From positions 3,520,001-3,584,000 of the forward strand of contig CBDHHL010000032.1 in the NCBI GenBank assembly GCA_965263355.1: a stretch of DNA of 64,000 nt, read 5' to 3'. This DNA comes from Leptolyngbyaceae cyanobacterium (GTDB lineage: Bacteria > Cyanobacteriota > Cyanobacteriia > Phormidesmidales > Phormidesmidaceae). The position numbers and the translations under genes were made by a program. A model generated the notes under the pieces. The model ran no database searches, was not told the origin of the DNA, and saw nothing but the letters and a program-made list of their open reading frames with translations. Shown here piece after piece: positions 1-8,954 of the stretch; the stretch's first letter is position 1; every line of letters begins with the position of its first letter.

Positions 1-1161
1 GGGGAGATCCGTAAATCCGAATCCGCTCAATTCTTGTTCCCGCCAAAGCGGGCTGTTGTAACCTGTTGCAACTTTGACATTGTTGGCATAGCCTACCTGA
101 TCAATAAACTGACGGAGGGAATCTGGCAAAGCCATTTGCATAGGAATACGACGCAAAACGCTAAAGGGAAGAGTCAAAATGACGATATCTGCATCGACAT
201 CCCTGTAGTTAAACGTGAGCCGGAAGCCGTTGTCCTGGCTGCGAAGGGACGTTAAGACCATGCCTGTTTCAATCTGGTCTTGCACCTCTTGGGCAAGTGC
301 ATCGGTAATAGCTTGAGTTCCGTTTTGGACAAGATATCGTTCGTCAGAGTATCCCGTGGGTTCAACGATTCCATCATCATTAACAGTTGGAGTCAGCCAT
401 ATGAGGTTAAGGGCAGTTATCTCGTCAGTCTCAAGCCCCATCTCTGCGACCATTACAGTATCAATGAAATCCCGTAGCCATCCCGAAATGCCCAGGCGAT
501 CGCAATAGTCGGCAATCGAGAGGGCATCGAGTTCAACGCTGACTGTCTCCCAATCTTCATCCAGGCGATCGGCATCGACTGCGATTCGCTCAGCAACAGG
601 GATCAGAGCCTCCGCTAGTTCGGCATTTGAGATCATGCGCCCGTCGTAGTAGTACAGATTTTGCAATGCCAGTTCTTCAGGCGTAAAGCGATCGAGCAAG
701 GGCATATTCAGTTCTTCGGCGAGGGCGATCATATCTTCATGGTCGCTGTTGATATACTCAGCTCCGAGGTTTACCCAAGTATTTTTGCCAAGGGCATCAT
801 GTACTGTATACATCCTGCCGCCAACACGGTTAGAGGCTTCATAAATCGTGGCGCGATAGCCAGCTTTTTTGAGTTGGTATGCAGCATTGAGTCCGGCAAC
901 GCCTGCGCCAACGATCGCAATTTTGGGAGCATTCGCTTCTTGGGCAAGAAGAGCAGTTCCGAATCCTTGGCTTCCGACAGTCAGCATCGTTCCACCACCA
1001 AAAGCGGCGGCGGTTTTCAGAAATTTGCGCCGCCCCAATCGTCCTCTTTGCCCAGGCTTCTGGAGTTCCGGCAGTTCATCAATAGGCACTCCACGACGAT
1101 TTGCAAGAGTTGCAGACCGCAGGGCGCGAGAAAATAGGCCAAATAAGGAAGTTCGTGCCAT
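1..1161 (-). CDS. Flavin monoamine oxidase family FAD-dependent oxidoreductase with Tat-like signal (3' end outside window)
   Basis: Not in the ORF track. Hand translation from ATG at 1161 is open to the window edge: MARTSLFG...GRRKFLKTAAAFGG...KIAIVGAGVAGLNAAYQLKKAGYRATIYEASNRVGGRM...LGAEYINSDH. It has the GxGxxG and RxGGR motifs and an AAGGAG RBS upstream. Confidence 0.88.
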   Translation of the reverse strand, partial: MARTSLFGLFSRALRSATLANRRGVPIDELPELQKPGQRGRLGRRKFLKTAAAFGGGTMLTVGSQGFGTALLAQEANAPKIAIVGAGVAGLNAAYQLKKAGYRATIYEASNRVGGRMYTVHDALGKNTWVNLGAEYINSDHEDMIALAEELNMPLLDRFTPEELALQNLYYYDGRMISNAELAEALIPVAERIAVDADRLDEDWETVSVELDALSIADYCDRLGISGWLRDFIDTVMVAEMGLETDEITALNLIWLTPTVNDDGIVEPTGYSDERYLVQNGTQAITDALAQEVQDQIETGMVLTSLRSQDNGFRLTFNYRDVDADIVILTLPFSVLRRIPMQMALPDSLRQFIDQVGYANNVKVATGYNSPLWREQELSGFGFTDLP

Positions 1162-1211
1162 GTTGTATGAATGTCTCCTTTTAAAGCGAACCAACCTGAA
1201 TTTTCAATGCT

Positions 1212-1652
1212 GTCGGGTAAAAGGATAGGTTTTATGTATAGCCTACTCCCTCCCCTCAGAACCGTGCATACAACTTTCACTGTACACGGCTCAAGCAAGG
1301 TCGATAGCTCAGCGATGCACTTGTTGATGGCAGACTCGGTGGAGTGCCATCAGATTGGAGGCATGATTCGTCCCACCTAGGTGTCGTGGCTGCTTGTGAT
1401 GAATGTGGATGGGCTCTCCGTTGAATAGAGATTGACCGCACCATGGACATTGTCCCTGTTGCAAGCGAATAATCCGCTGAGCAGATTTGGGATAATCCCC
1501 CAGTTGTCTGGCCTGATTGCCTCGTAAAGCAAAATATCCCTGACATTCCGGGTCATTTGGACTAGCGCCCTCGAATGAGGACATGCCGTTGAATTCGGGT
1601 AGAGCCGATGCAATGAAGCACCATGCCAGTATTGGGGTCAATAAAACACCAT
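1212..1652 (-). mobile_element. 5'-truncated group II intron remnant (end of maturase X/HNH domain, RNA domains V and VI)
   Basis: Minus strand 1292-1259 is domain V: GAGCCGTGTACAGTGAAAGTTGTATGCACGGTTC (AGC triad, GAAA loop). A domain VI hairpin follows, ending in bulged-A ...TTACCCGAC. Upstream peptide WCFIDPNTGMVL...RHVLIRG/ASPNDP...CPWCG...HIHH...NLMALHRVCH. Confidence 0.9.
1309..1652 (-). pseudogene. Frameshifted C-terminal fragment of group II intron-encoded protein (X/D/En domains, no RT)
   Basis: RHVLIRG and ASPNDP lie in different frames (break near 1568). HNH motif intact. No YADD RT domain upstream. Confidence 0.8.
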
Positions 1653-1813
1653 TGCAGCAGGTCATCGACCGTCTGCACATCCTTGGCTACATCGAACGCA
1701 TCGTCTGGAGTCAGACTATCCGAATTCCCCAAGAGGGAATGATTATCCGTCCTGATCCTGGTGATGTCTTGCGATACACCCAGCAGGAACGCACAATTTA
1801 TCAGCCGTCATAA
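1651..1813 (+). pseudogene. Possible 3' fragment of a small conserved cyanobacterial hypothetical gene
   Basis: QQVIDRLHILGYIERIVWSQTIRIPQEGMIIRPDPGDVLRY resembles a recurrent cyanobacterial hypothetical (from memory only). It abuts the intron fragment. Confidence 0.3.
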
Positions 1814-2263
1814 TAAATCAAAGCTTACTGGAGGTAATGCGAAGTTCTTGTAGTTTCGCAAAGGCGCGATCTCATCCATCAATAACGTTTCTAGCTTCCT
1901 TAAGCCGTTCACCGTTTCAAACATCTCAAATCGAATATTTAAGCTAAGTGAAACCCATGGAAAATTTAGCTAGGACCTGATGTGTAGGAGAGGGCTGAAC
2001 CATGGCAGTTTCCTTGGTTATATGAATATATCCATTTTATGCAGTTAGAGGATGCGATCGCACGCTACACCAACCCTCATACTTGATGGAGGCTTCCATT
2101 ACAGGGAACCTCGCTATCTGATCGCTATTGGGATCAGCAACTTGTATCCAAGCTGCTGATTTAATCTCCCTATCATCCATTACGGTAAAAGGTGAGTATT
2201 TAGCCACGACTTTCAGGTGTCGGGCGCTGCCGTTTACCATTACGCAAATCTAGGAGCAAGATC

Positions 2264-3184
2264 GTGACACCCTTTGATGACACGCAAGCAGAAAAGGACT
2301 GGCTTGAAGCTGAACTTCAAGATACCCTCGACGAAGACTTTGAAATCGAACTTGAAGATGCATTACTCTCCCTAGAGATTAAGAAAATCTATCAAGCAAA
2401 GCATCAGGAGACGTTGCCTCGAAAGGAGTACTTCTTAAGTCTGCTCAAGTTGCAGGCAGAACTGATCAAGCTGCATGACTGGGTACAAGACACCGACGCA
2501 AAGGTTGTCGTTCTTTTTGAAGGACGGGACTCAGCTGGAAAAGGTGGGGTGATTAAACGCATTACACAGCGTTTGAATCCCCGCGTTTGTCGAGTTGTTG
2601 CATTACCAAAACCGACCGACCGCGAACAGAAACAGTGGTACTTTCAACGTTATGTTCCCTACTTACCGACGGGGGGCGAAATGGTGTTGTTTGATCGCTC
2701 CTGGTACAACCGTGCAGGTGTTGAGCGCGTTATGGGCTTTGCCACACCTGAGCAGGTGGAAGACTTTTTTCGGGATGTTCCCGAATTTGAAAGGATGTTA
2801 GTGCGCTCCGGCATTATCCTGATTAAGTACTGGTTCTCAATTGCTGATGATGAGCAACAACTTCGTTTCCTCATGCGCATCCATGACCCTCTGAAACAGT
2901 GGAAGTTGAGCCCTATGGATTTACAGTCTCGTATTCGTTGGGAAGACTACACTAAGGCCAAGGAAGAGATGTTTGCCCGTACGAATATTTCTGAAGCGCC
3001 CTGGTGGATTGTTCCAGCAAATGATAAAAAACGAGCCCGCCTAAACTGTATTCAGCATCTGTTAACCCAGATTCCCTACACTGAAGTACCCCATGACCTG
3101 ATCCAGCTCCCTGAGCGGGTATTTAACACAGACTATGAACGTGACACCCTGCCGGACAAGCTATATATTCCACAGGTGTTTTAG
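2264..3184 (+). CDS. ppk2: Polyphosphate kinase 2
   Basis: FEGRDSAGKGG, WYFQRY, FDRSWYNRAGVERVMGF and WKLSPMD motifs. AGGAG RBS. Confidence 0.95.
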   Translation: MTPFDDTQAEKDWLEAELQDTLDEDFEIELEDALLSLEIKKIYQAKHQETLPRKEYFLSLLKLQAELIKLHDWVQDTDAKVVVLFEGRDSAGKGGVIKRITQRLNPRVCRVVALPKPTDREQKQWYFQRYVPYLPTGGEMVLFDRSWYNRAGVERVMGFATPEQVEDFFRDVPEFERMLVRSGIILIKYWFSIADDEQQLRFLMRIHDPLKQWKLSPMDLQSRIRWEDYTKAKEEMFARTNISEAPWWIVPANDKKRARLNCIQHLLTQIPYTEVPHDLIQLPERVFNTDYERDTLPDKLYIPQVF

Positions 3185-3200
3185 AAGAACTTACAGGCAT

Positions 3201-3260
3201 GGTGCGTTTCTGCAAATTTATCGGTGAAAGGGGACAAGTTATGTTTAGAAACGCACCCTA
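3201..3260. repeat. REP-like inverted repeat pair between convergent genes
   Basis: GGTGCGTTTCT (3201-3211) ... AGAAACGCACC (3247-3257) followed by CTA. Confidence 0.6.
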
Positions 3261-3353
3261 AAGCTTATCCTGCCTGTTGCCCTGGCGGGTGGGATAACTG
3301 GCCTATCTGTGGCCAATGCTAAGTTTGTGTAGCTGAGTAAAGGTGCGATCGCA

Positions 3354-4133
3354 TTATTTTTCTTTTTCCATAGTCCGTTGCGACATTTTGAGAACCACTT
3401 TTCTCGGCAGCAGTGGAATAACCCAGTTCAGCATAAAACTCAAAGATGGCTCATTGATTTTTACCAATTCACCTTTCAGCATAGCCTCATAACCACATTG
3501 GGCCACTGACTCAGGCGATGCCGCATTGTCCCACATGGAGTTACCATCAAGATCGCCAGCGGCAACAAAGCCAGTGGCGACCGCACCAGGACACAATGCT
3601 GTTGACGTGATATTGGTATCCGCAAGCTCTTGGGCAATCGCCTGAGAAAACGAAATAACAAACGCCTTGGTCGCGTAATAAACTGCCTGTAGGGGACCTG
3701 GCAAAAAGCCTGCCGTGGACGCCACATGCAAAATTTTGCCAGAATTACGCTTGACCATTCCCTGTAAACATAGATGGGTCAGGTTCACTAGCGAAACCAT
3801 ATTGACCTGCATCATGGCCTGATCCTTGGCTAGATCCCGCTCATAGAATTTCCCATGGCCACCAAAGCCAGCATTGTTGATCAAAATATCGACCTGGATG
3901 CCAGCGGCTTCTGTTGCAGCAAATATCTTGTCAGCGGCATCTGGCTGGGCCAGATCAGCCACAATAACGGTGGCTTGGATATCATAGTTACCCTCTAATT
4001 CTGTCTTTAATTCGTTCAGTACTGGTTCGCGTCGGGCCACTAGTACCAGGTCTCCCCCGTTAGCAGCATGCAATCTAGCCAATTCAGCGCCAATGCCGCT
4101 GGATGCACCGGTTACTAATGCAGTGTTTCCCAT
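3354..4133 (-). CDS. SDR family oxidoreductase
   Basis: TGASSGIG, NNAG and YYATK motifs. Start trimmed to the ATG at 4133. Confidence 0.93.
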   Translation of the reverse strand: MGNTALVTGASSGIGAELARLHAANGGDLVLVARREPVLNELKTELEGNYDIQATVIVADLAQPDAADKIFAATEAAGIQVDILINNAGFGGHGKFYERDLAKDQAMMQVNMVSLVNLTHLCLQGMVKRNSGKILHVASTAGFLPGPLQAVYYATKAFVISFSQAIAQELADTNITSTALCPGAVATGFVAAGDLDGNSMWDNAASPESVAQCGYEAMLKGELVKINEPSLSFMLNWVIPLLPRKVVLKMSQRTMEKEK

Positions 4134-4242
4134 CTTAGTTTCCTGACAATAAAGGATAGAAGACCGTCTGAGCGCAGACAAACGGCTGTGAACAGTTTTG
4201 TATATTAAACCTTGTCCACGTCTAGAACTAGAGCGTTTCCGT

Positions 4243-4929
4243 TTACTTCACCCCACAACGCTCATTAGCCGGTACTGCCTCCATCATCTTTTTAGGATTG
4301 GGTAAGTTCAAATTGTTCATAAATCTAATAAACCCCTCCCGCGTACGCCCAACAAAGCGAGGGTTTAATCGCTTTTCTTCGCCAATGGTCGAAACAGTGT
4401 GTCCCTTGTAGTCATGTCCTGGATATACCAAGGTCTCATTGGGTAACGAAAATAACCGTTGGGTTACCCGGTCATACAGCTTACCAGCATCACCTGCTTG
4501 AAAATCAGTTCGACCACAGCCCCTTATAAATAAGGCATCTCCGGTCAACAGATGAGTTCCATCGACCAGATAGGCCATGTGGCTATCCGTATGCCCATTG
4601 GTTTCAATGGCCTGGATAGTGATAGTACCAAGGCGTAGTCTCTCCTTGTTATTAACCGAGCGGCTGGCACAAACTGCCTGTGCTCCAGCCGGTACAATCC
4701 CCTCGCACCCTGTGATCTCGCGTAATTTCCCTGTGCCTGTAACGTGGTCAGCGTGAATGTGGGTTTCCAGACAGAATTTGAGCGTTAGGTTTAATTCTTG
4801 GATTAATCCTTGATCCCGTTCTATTTGCTCAAAGACCGGATCTACCAACGCAGCCTCACCGCTCGTAGCATCGGCAATCAAATAGGTGTATGTGCTACTC
4901 TCTTTGTCAAACAACTGGCGGAATATCAT
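4243..4929 (-). CDS. MBL-fold persulfide dioxygenase (ETHE1/Blh-like)
   Basis: MIFRQLFD start, ETHIHADH, GHT, GCGRTDFQ and YPGHDY motifs. Confidence 0.9.
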   Translation of the reverse strand: MIFRQLFDKESSTYTYLIADATSGEAALVDPVFEQIERDQGLIQELNLTLKFCLETHIHADHVTGTGKLREITGCEGIVPAGAQAVCASRSVNNKERLRLGTITIQAIETNGHTDSHMAYLVDGTHLLTGDALFIRGCGRTDFQAGDAGKLYDRVTQRLFSLPNETLVYPGHDYKGHTVSTIGEEKRLNPRFVGRTREGFIRFMNNLNLPNPKKMMEAVPANERCGVK

Positions 4930-5019
4930 TGGGGGCATTCTACGAGTTGACTGTATATCTACGTCATTAGGGTAACTAACCCAGGTACAGGCAACAATTA
5001 ATTTCGGCAATAGATCAAA

Positions 5020-5045
5020 GGGCACCCACAAGAGGTGCCCCTACA
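5020..5045. repeat. GTAG-type REP-like hairpin
   Basis: GGGCACC-cacaaga-GGTGCCC-CTAC, i.e. GTAGGGGCACC... on the minus strand. Confidence 0.6.
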
Positions 5046-5078
5046 GATTCTACAGATGTGCTTGGATTTACTTCAGAT

Positions 5079-6290
5079 CTACTGAGGCAGGTTTTCAGGC
5101 CTTACCTCTACTGATTTCACCTCACCATTGCGCTGTACTTCAACGGTAAGCTTTTGGCCAACTTTACCGCTGCTGACGATCCGCTGTACTTCAGTGGACT
5201 CAGTTACAGCTGTCCCATCAATGGCTGTAATTACATCTCCGGCTCTTAGACCACTTCTAGCGGCAGGAGACTCTGACAGTACCCGAGCAATTAAGATGCC
5301 TGCATCTTCGTCAACGGTCAGACCGCTGTTGGGGTTAGTATTAATATCCTCCTTCACCTCTGGACTCAACGTAATCATTTGAATGCCTAAGAATGGATGC
5401 TGTACCTCACCGTTTTCGGCAAGTTCTGTAGCTATCCGTTCCACCATATTGATGGGGATGGCAAAGCCCAGACCTTGGGCTCCATTAATGATGGCGGTAT
5501 TGACACCGATAACTTCACCCTGCTGGTTGAGCAAGGGACCACCAGAGTTACCAGGATTAATGGCGGTGTCAGTTTGGATAAACTCAACGCGTTTATCAGG
5601 GACGCCCACCTGATTGCTAGAGCGCCCCACAGCACTGACAATACCCACCGTCACCGTATTATCTAGACCCAGTGGATTTCCAATGGCGATGGACCATTCG
5701 CCCGGTTGCAGTTGATCAGAGTCACCTAGGGCCACAGTGGGGAGATTACGTTCATCCACCTTAATCACTGCAATATCGGTTACAGGGTCGCTACCCAGAA
5801 CTCGGCCATCCAAAATGCGGCCATCTTTAAGGGTGACGGTGACGGTGTCAGCGCCATCGACCACATGGGCGTTGGTAATAATTTGGCCATCGTCGCTAAT
5901 GATAAAGCCTGAGCCTAGACCCCGTTCGGTACGTTCCTGGTCGCCCTGGGGCAAGCGACTGCCAAAGAATTGACGGAAGTTGGGATCGTTAAAGACATCG
6001 GGGATTCGCTGGCTAACGGTGCGTGATGCGTCGATGCGGACAACGGCGGGGCCTACGTCAGTGACCACGTCGGTGATGAAGTTGGGGTTAGCTGCAGGGG
6101 GGATGGTTGGAGCGGTCGTCTGGGCAATGGCAACTTGATTTTCTTGCCGCAGGGGTGATTCGGGTGCCCAGGCTAAGAAGCCACCGACTGTGGCGAGTCC
6201 AGCACCCATCAATAGACTGCTGAGAAAGGATACAGACCGCCAGGGGCGGGAAGGGTTGGAGTGATGTGAACTGGCCATGGTTTGGGACAC
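5079..6290 (-). CDS. HhoA/HhoB/HtrA family serine protease with one PDZ domain
   Basis: TNAHVV, DIAV and GNSGGPL triad motifs, C-terminal PDZ, N-terminal hydrophobic segment. Confidence 0.95.
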   Translation of the reverse strand: MSQTMASSHHSNPSRPWRSVSFLSSLLMGAGLATVGGFLAWAPESPLRQENQVAIAQTTAPTIPPAANPNFITDVVTDVGPAVVRIDASRTVSQRIPDVFNDPNFRQFFGSRLPQGDQERTERGLGSGFIISDDGQIITNAHVVDGADTVTVTLKDGRILDGRVLGSDPVTDIAVIKVDERNLPTVALGDSDQLQPGEWSIAIGNPLGLDNTVTVGIVSAVGRSSNQVGVPDKRVEFIQTDTAINPGNSGGPLLNQQGEVIGVNTAIINGAQGLGFAIPINMVERIATELAENGEVQHPFLGIQMITLSPEVKEDINTNPNSGLTVDEDAGILIARVLSESPAARSGLRAGDVITAIDGTAVTESTEVQRIVSSGKVGQKLTVEVQRNGEVKSVEVRPENLPQ

Positions 6291-6320
6291 GTTTAATTCG
6301 GTTGTTCACAGCTTAGACAG

Positions 6321-6346
6321 TCGATGTGACATTGCTGTGACATCGA
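6321..6346. promoter_or_regulatory. Candidate regulator site upstream of the HtrA gene
   Basis: TGTGACAT direct repeat at 6325 and 6336 (11-bp period) inside an imperfect palindrome TCGATGT...ACATCGA. Confidence 0.4.
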
Positions 6347-6370
6347 GTTGTCAATGTCATGTTGGGTGGC

Positions 6371-8857
6371 TTAGTAGATGCTGAGTTGGCTTCGGCTTCG
6401 CTCAGGCAACGTGTTTGCCGCGGGCTGAGCATAATCGAAATCTACGCCGTTGAGTAAGTCTTGAACATTGAGGTCGATTAGTTCATCCTCTGCGACTACT
6501 TCGAATGCTTGCCTGCCCTTGCTTTCTCGAACTAATAGATCTTTGTAACTGACTGTGATGTTGGGATAGCCAGGAACAGGAACTAGTTCTTTTGGGGTGA
6601 ACTTGAAGTTGCTGTGGATGCGGTCAAAGTCAGACCGGATAATAGCCAGTAAGCGACGGCGACTGGTTATTGGCCCTTTGACATTAATACTGACAGATTT
6701 TTCCTGGGGGTCAGCTTTGATCAGGGCTTGATTGCCTTCGAAATTGAGAATTACACCAGTACGCCAGCGGAGTTGATGATTGCTCAGCACATTAGTACGT
6801 ACGATAAATCGAGGAAGCAAGCCTTCTGGCAAAATTGGGTACTCATAGTGAAAATTGAGACATTCGGCAGGTTCAAACTGAGACGCTTCCTCAGGTTGTT
6901 GTTTGTCGAGTAAATCTGGAATGAGATAGCACTTTTCATCATCTTGAAAAGGAAAACATAGCTCGAATTTGCGCATTAGGCCTAGCAAGAAATCGTGACG
7001 TTCTTGTGGGTAGTCTTTGGGATCTAATAGTCTGTTAAGACAGTCAATGTTTAGTTCACCGTTAGCTTCGGTGAGGTCATGATCATTGAGTAGGGTATAA
7101 ATGCCGTTAGTAACCCAGTGAGGATTGAGAACGTGGGTATCGCGAAGACGGCTATCGTCTTTATAGTTAAGGGCGATGCCAAGGCTGTGGAGGTGAACGG
7201 CTAAGGAATCTTGCGCACTTGATTCAGGTTCACCATCTGCCTGACAAAGTTCTCGGTACTTTTCAAATGAAATATAGTTTTCAGCCATCTCTGACAGGTG
7301 TTTTTTGATTTCAAACCAACTGCCTGGGAATGGATCTCGTAAGTGTTCAAGTCGATCGGTTTCTCTTTCAATAGCTGCTTGTAAAGTATCGATACCAACT
7401 TCAGTTTTACAGTCAGTTTGGATGAACTCACGAATATTAGGAAACTTTTGCTGCAGGGCGCGACGATTAACGTCAAAGGGATGTTCTGCAACTTTGTTGA
7501 GGATAATAATGACTGGTGAATCGCCTCCAAAGCTTTGGATAAGTTCCAGCCAGTATTCGGCATCGGCGTCTTCATGGCCTTGACGACCGTTGAGCACTAG
7601 CAGGTAAAGACTACGTTCGGTGAGAAAGAACTGATGGGTGGAGTGCATGATCTCTTGACCCCCAAAGTCCCACACATGTAGGGTGATATCTTCATCTTGG
7701 TTGAGTTGAAACGGCCACTGGGTAATGTTGATGCCTTCAGTTTTCTTGGAGTCTGGATCAAATATGTTGTAAATTAGACGATTCACCAGAGAGGTTTTAC
7801 CAACATTGCCAAAACCAACAAGAATGAGTTTAGCTTCGTTTAGGGATTGGCGATCAGTCTGTATTCGGAAGTAATAGTTGAGAATATCGGCTGGTTTAGC
7901 AGGTATTGTACCAGATTTAACTTCCTGCCAAGTCGGGCCAAGAATTTCTGTGGAAATTGCTAATTGCTGATTTTCATGGAGGTAAAGTTCTGCAAGATTG
8001 TGGAGCTGGCCAAGGGCTTTGGGTAGTGATATGAGTTGGTTGTGGTTAAGGTAAAGTTCTGTAAGATTGTGGAGTTCCTTAAACTCACTAGGGATTGAGA
8101 TAAGGTTGTTGTTGAAAAGACCAAGGTATTGAAGGTTAGTAAGGTGGCTCAATTCTTTTGGGATTGAGGTAAGTTGATTATGAGAGAGGTGAAGATCTAT
8201 GAGGCTATTGAGCTGTCCTAATTCTTTCGGGATTGAGGTGAGTCGGTTTTTGTAAAGGCGTAGGGATGTGAGGCTATTGAGTTGTCCGAGTTCTTTCGGG
8301 ATTGAGGTGAGTTGATTGCGAGAGAGATAAAGTCCCCTCAGGCTGTTGAGCTGGCCTAGTTGTTGGGGCACTGAAGCGAGTTGATTTCCGGAGAGGTAAA
8401 GTACTCTCAATTGTCTGAGCTGTCCTAGTTCTTTTGGGATTGAGGTGAGTTGATTTTCGGAGAGGTAAAGTTCTGTCAGATTGTTGAGTTGATTCAGGTC
8501 TTTTGGGACTGAGGTGAGTTCTAACCCTGATAGATCCAGTTCAGTTACTTCATTTTTAATAGCTTCTTGGATTCGTTGTTGGAACTCAGCTATCTTGTCA
8601 TCGTTGGAGCTGTCTTCAGCCTCAATAATTTCTTCGGGGGACACTGCTAACACCTGAGCAATGGAAACAAGGCTTGCCCCACTCACCCGCTTATCCCGCT
8701 CCGGGTGAAACAACCGGCTCACCGTGTCCGCACTCACGCCAGCCTGCTTAGCAATGGCTACAAAGCTCAGGTTCAGTTCAGCTTTAGTAGCTTCTAGCTT
8801 TTGCAATCCTTTAGGGCTGGCCAGAAAACCGCGCGATTTTGACGACATAGGAGGCAT
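6371..8857 (-). CDS. HTH-LRR-Roc-COR (bacterial Roco) protein
   Basis: N-terminal HTH-like segment, about nine 23-aa LRRs, Roc GTPase motifs (GFGNVGKT, WDFGGQE, NK), COR domain (LHSLG, LNPHWV, PEGLLPRFIVR). Confidence 0.92.
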   Translation of the reverse strand: MPPMSSKSRGFLASPKGLQKLEATKAELNLSFVAIAKQAGVSADTVSRLFHPERDKRVSGASLVSIAQVLAVSPEEIIEAEDSSNDDKIAEFQQRIQEAIKNEVTELDLSGLELTSVPKDLNQLNNLTELYLSENQLTSIPKELGQLRQLRVLYLSGNQLASVPQQLGQLNSLRGLYLSRNQLTSIPKELGQLNSLTSLRLYKNRLTSIPKELGQLNSLIDLHLSHNQLTSIPKELSHLTNLQYLGLFNNNLISIPSEFKELHNLTELYLNHNQLISLPKALGQLHNLAELYLHENQQLAISTEILGPTWQEVKSGTIPAKPADILNYYFRIQTDRQSLNEAKLILVGFGNVGKTSLVNRLIYNIFDPDSKKTEGINITQWPFQLNQDEDITLHVWDFGGQEIMHSTHQFFLTERSLYLLVLNGRQGHEDADAEYWLELIQSFGGDSPVIIILNKVAEHPFDVNRRALQQKFPNIREFIQTDCKTEVGIDTLQAAIERETDRLEHLRDPFPGSWFEIKKHLSEMAENYISFEKYRELCQADGEPESSAQDSLAVHLHSLGIALNYKDDSRLRDTHVLNPHWVTNGIYTLLNDHDLTEANGELNIDCLNRLLDPKDYPQERHDFLLGLMRKFELCFPFQDDEKCYLIPDLLDKQQPEEASQFEPAECLNFHYEYPILPEGLLPRFIVRTNVLSNHQLRWRTGVILNFEGNQALIKADPQEKSVSINVKGPITSRRRLLAIIRSDFDRIHSNFKFTPKELVPVPGYPNITVSYKDLLVRESKGRQAFEVVAEDELIDLNVQDLLNGVDFDYAQPAANTLPERSRSQLSIY
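6391..6439. repeat. Imperfect palindromic dispersed-repeat element inside the Roco 3' end
   Basis: TTCGGCTTCGCTCAG ... CTGAGCATAATCGAA, encoding FDYAQP...PERSR. Confidence 0.6.
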
Positions 8858-8954
8858 TTGGTCGATATTGTTACTAAGGTAATCGGTGTAACCTTGGCCT
8901 GCCAGGAATCCCTAAAATTTTAATGGGCAATGCGTGGTGCAAATCCTACAATTC

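Noticed and set aside
34..1137. Plus-strand ORFs 34-255, 280-477, 661-1137 and 869-1228
   Set aside because: They are antisense shadows of the minus-strand amine oxidase gene.
1212..1680. Retron or DGR reverse transcriptase linked to the ATPase-HNH pair
   Set aside because: No RT domain is present, the fragment is a group II intron tail about 12 kb away, and I saw no msr/msd or TR/VR pair.
7945..8550. CRISPR-like periodic repeats
   Set aside because: The 69-bp period is in frame and encodes LRRs. There are no unique non-coding spacers and no cas genes.
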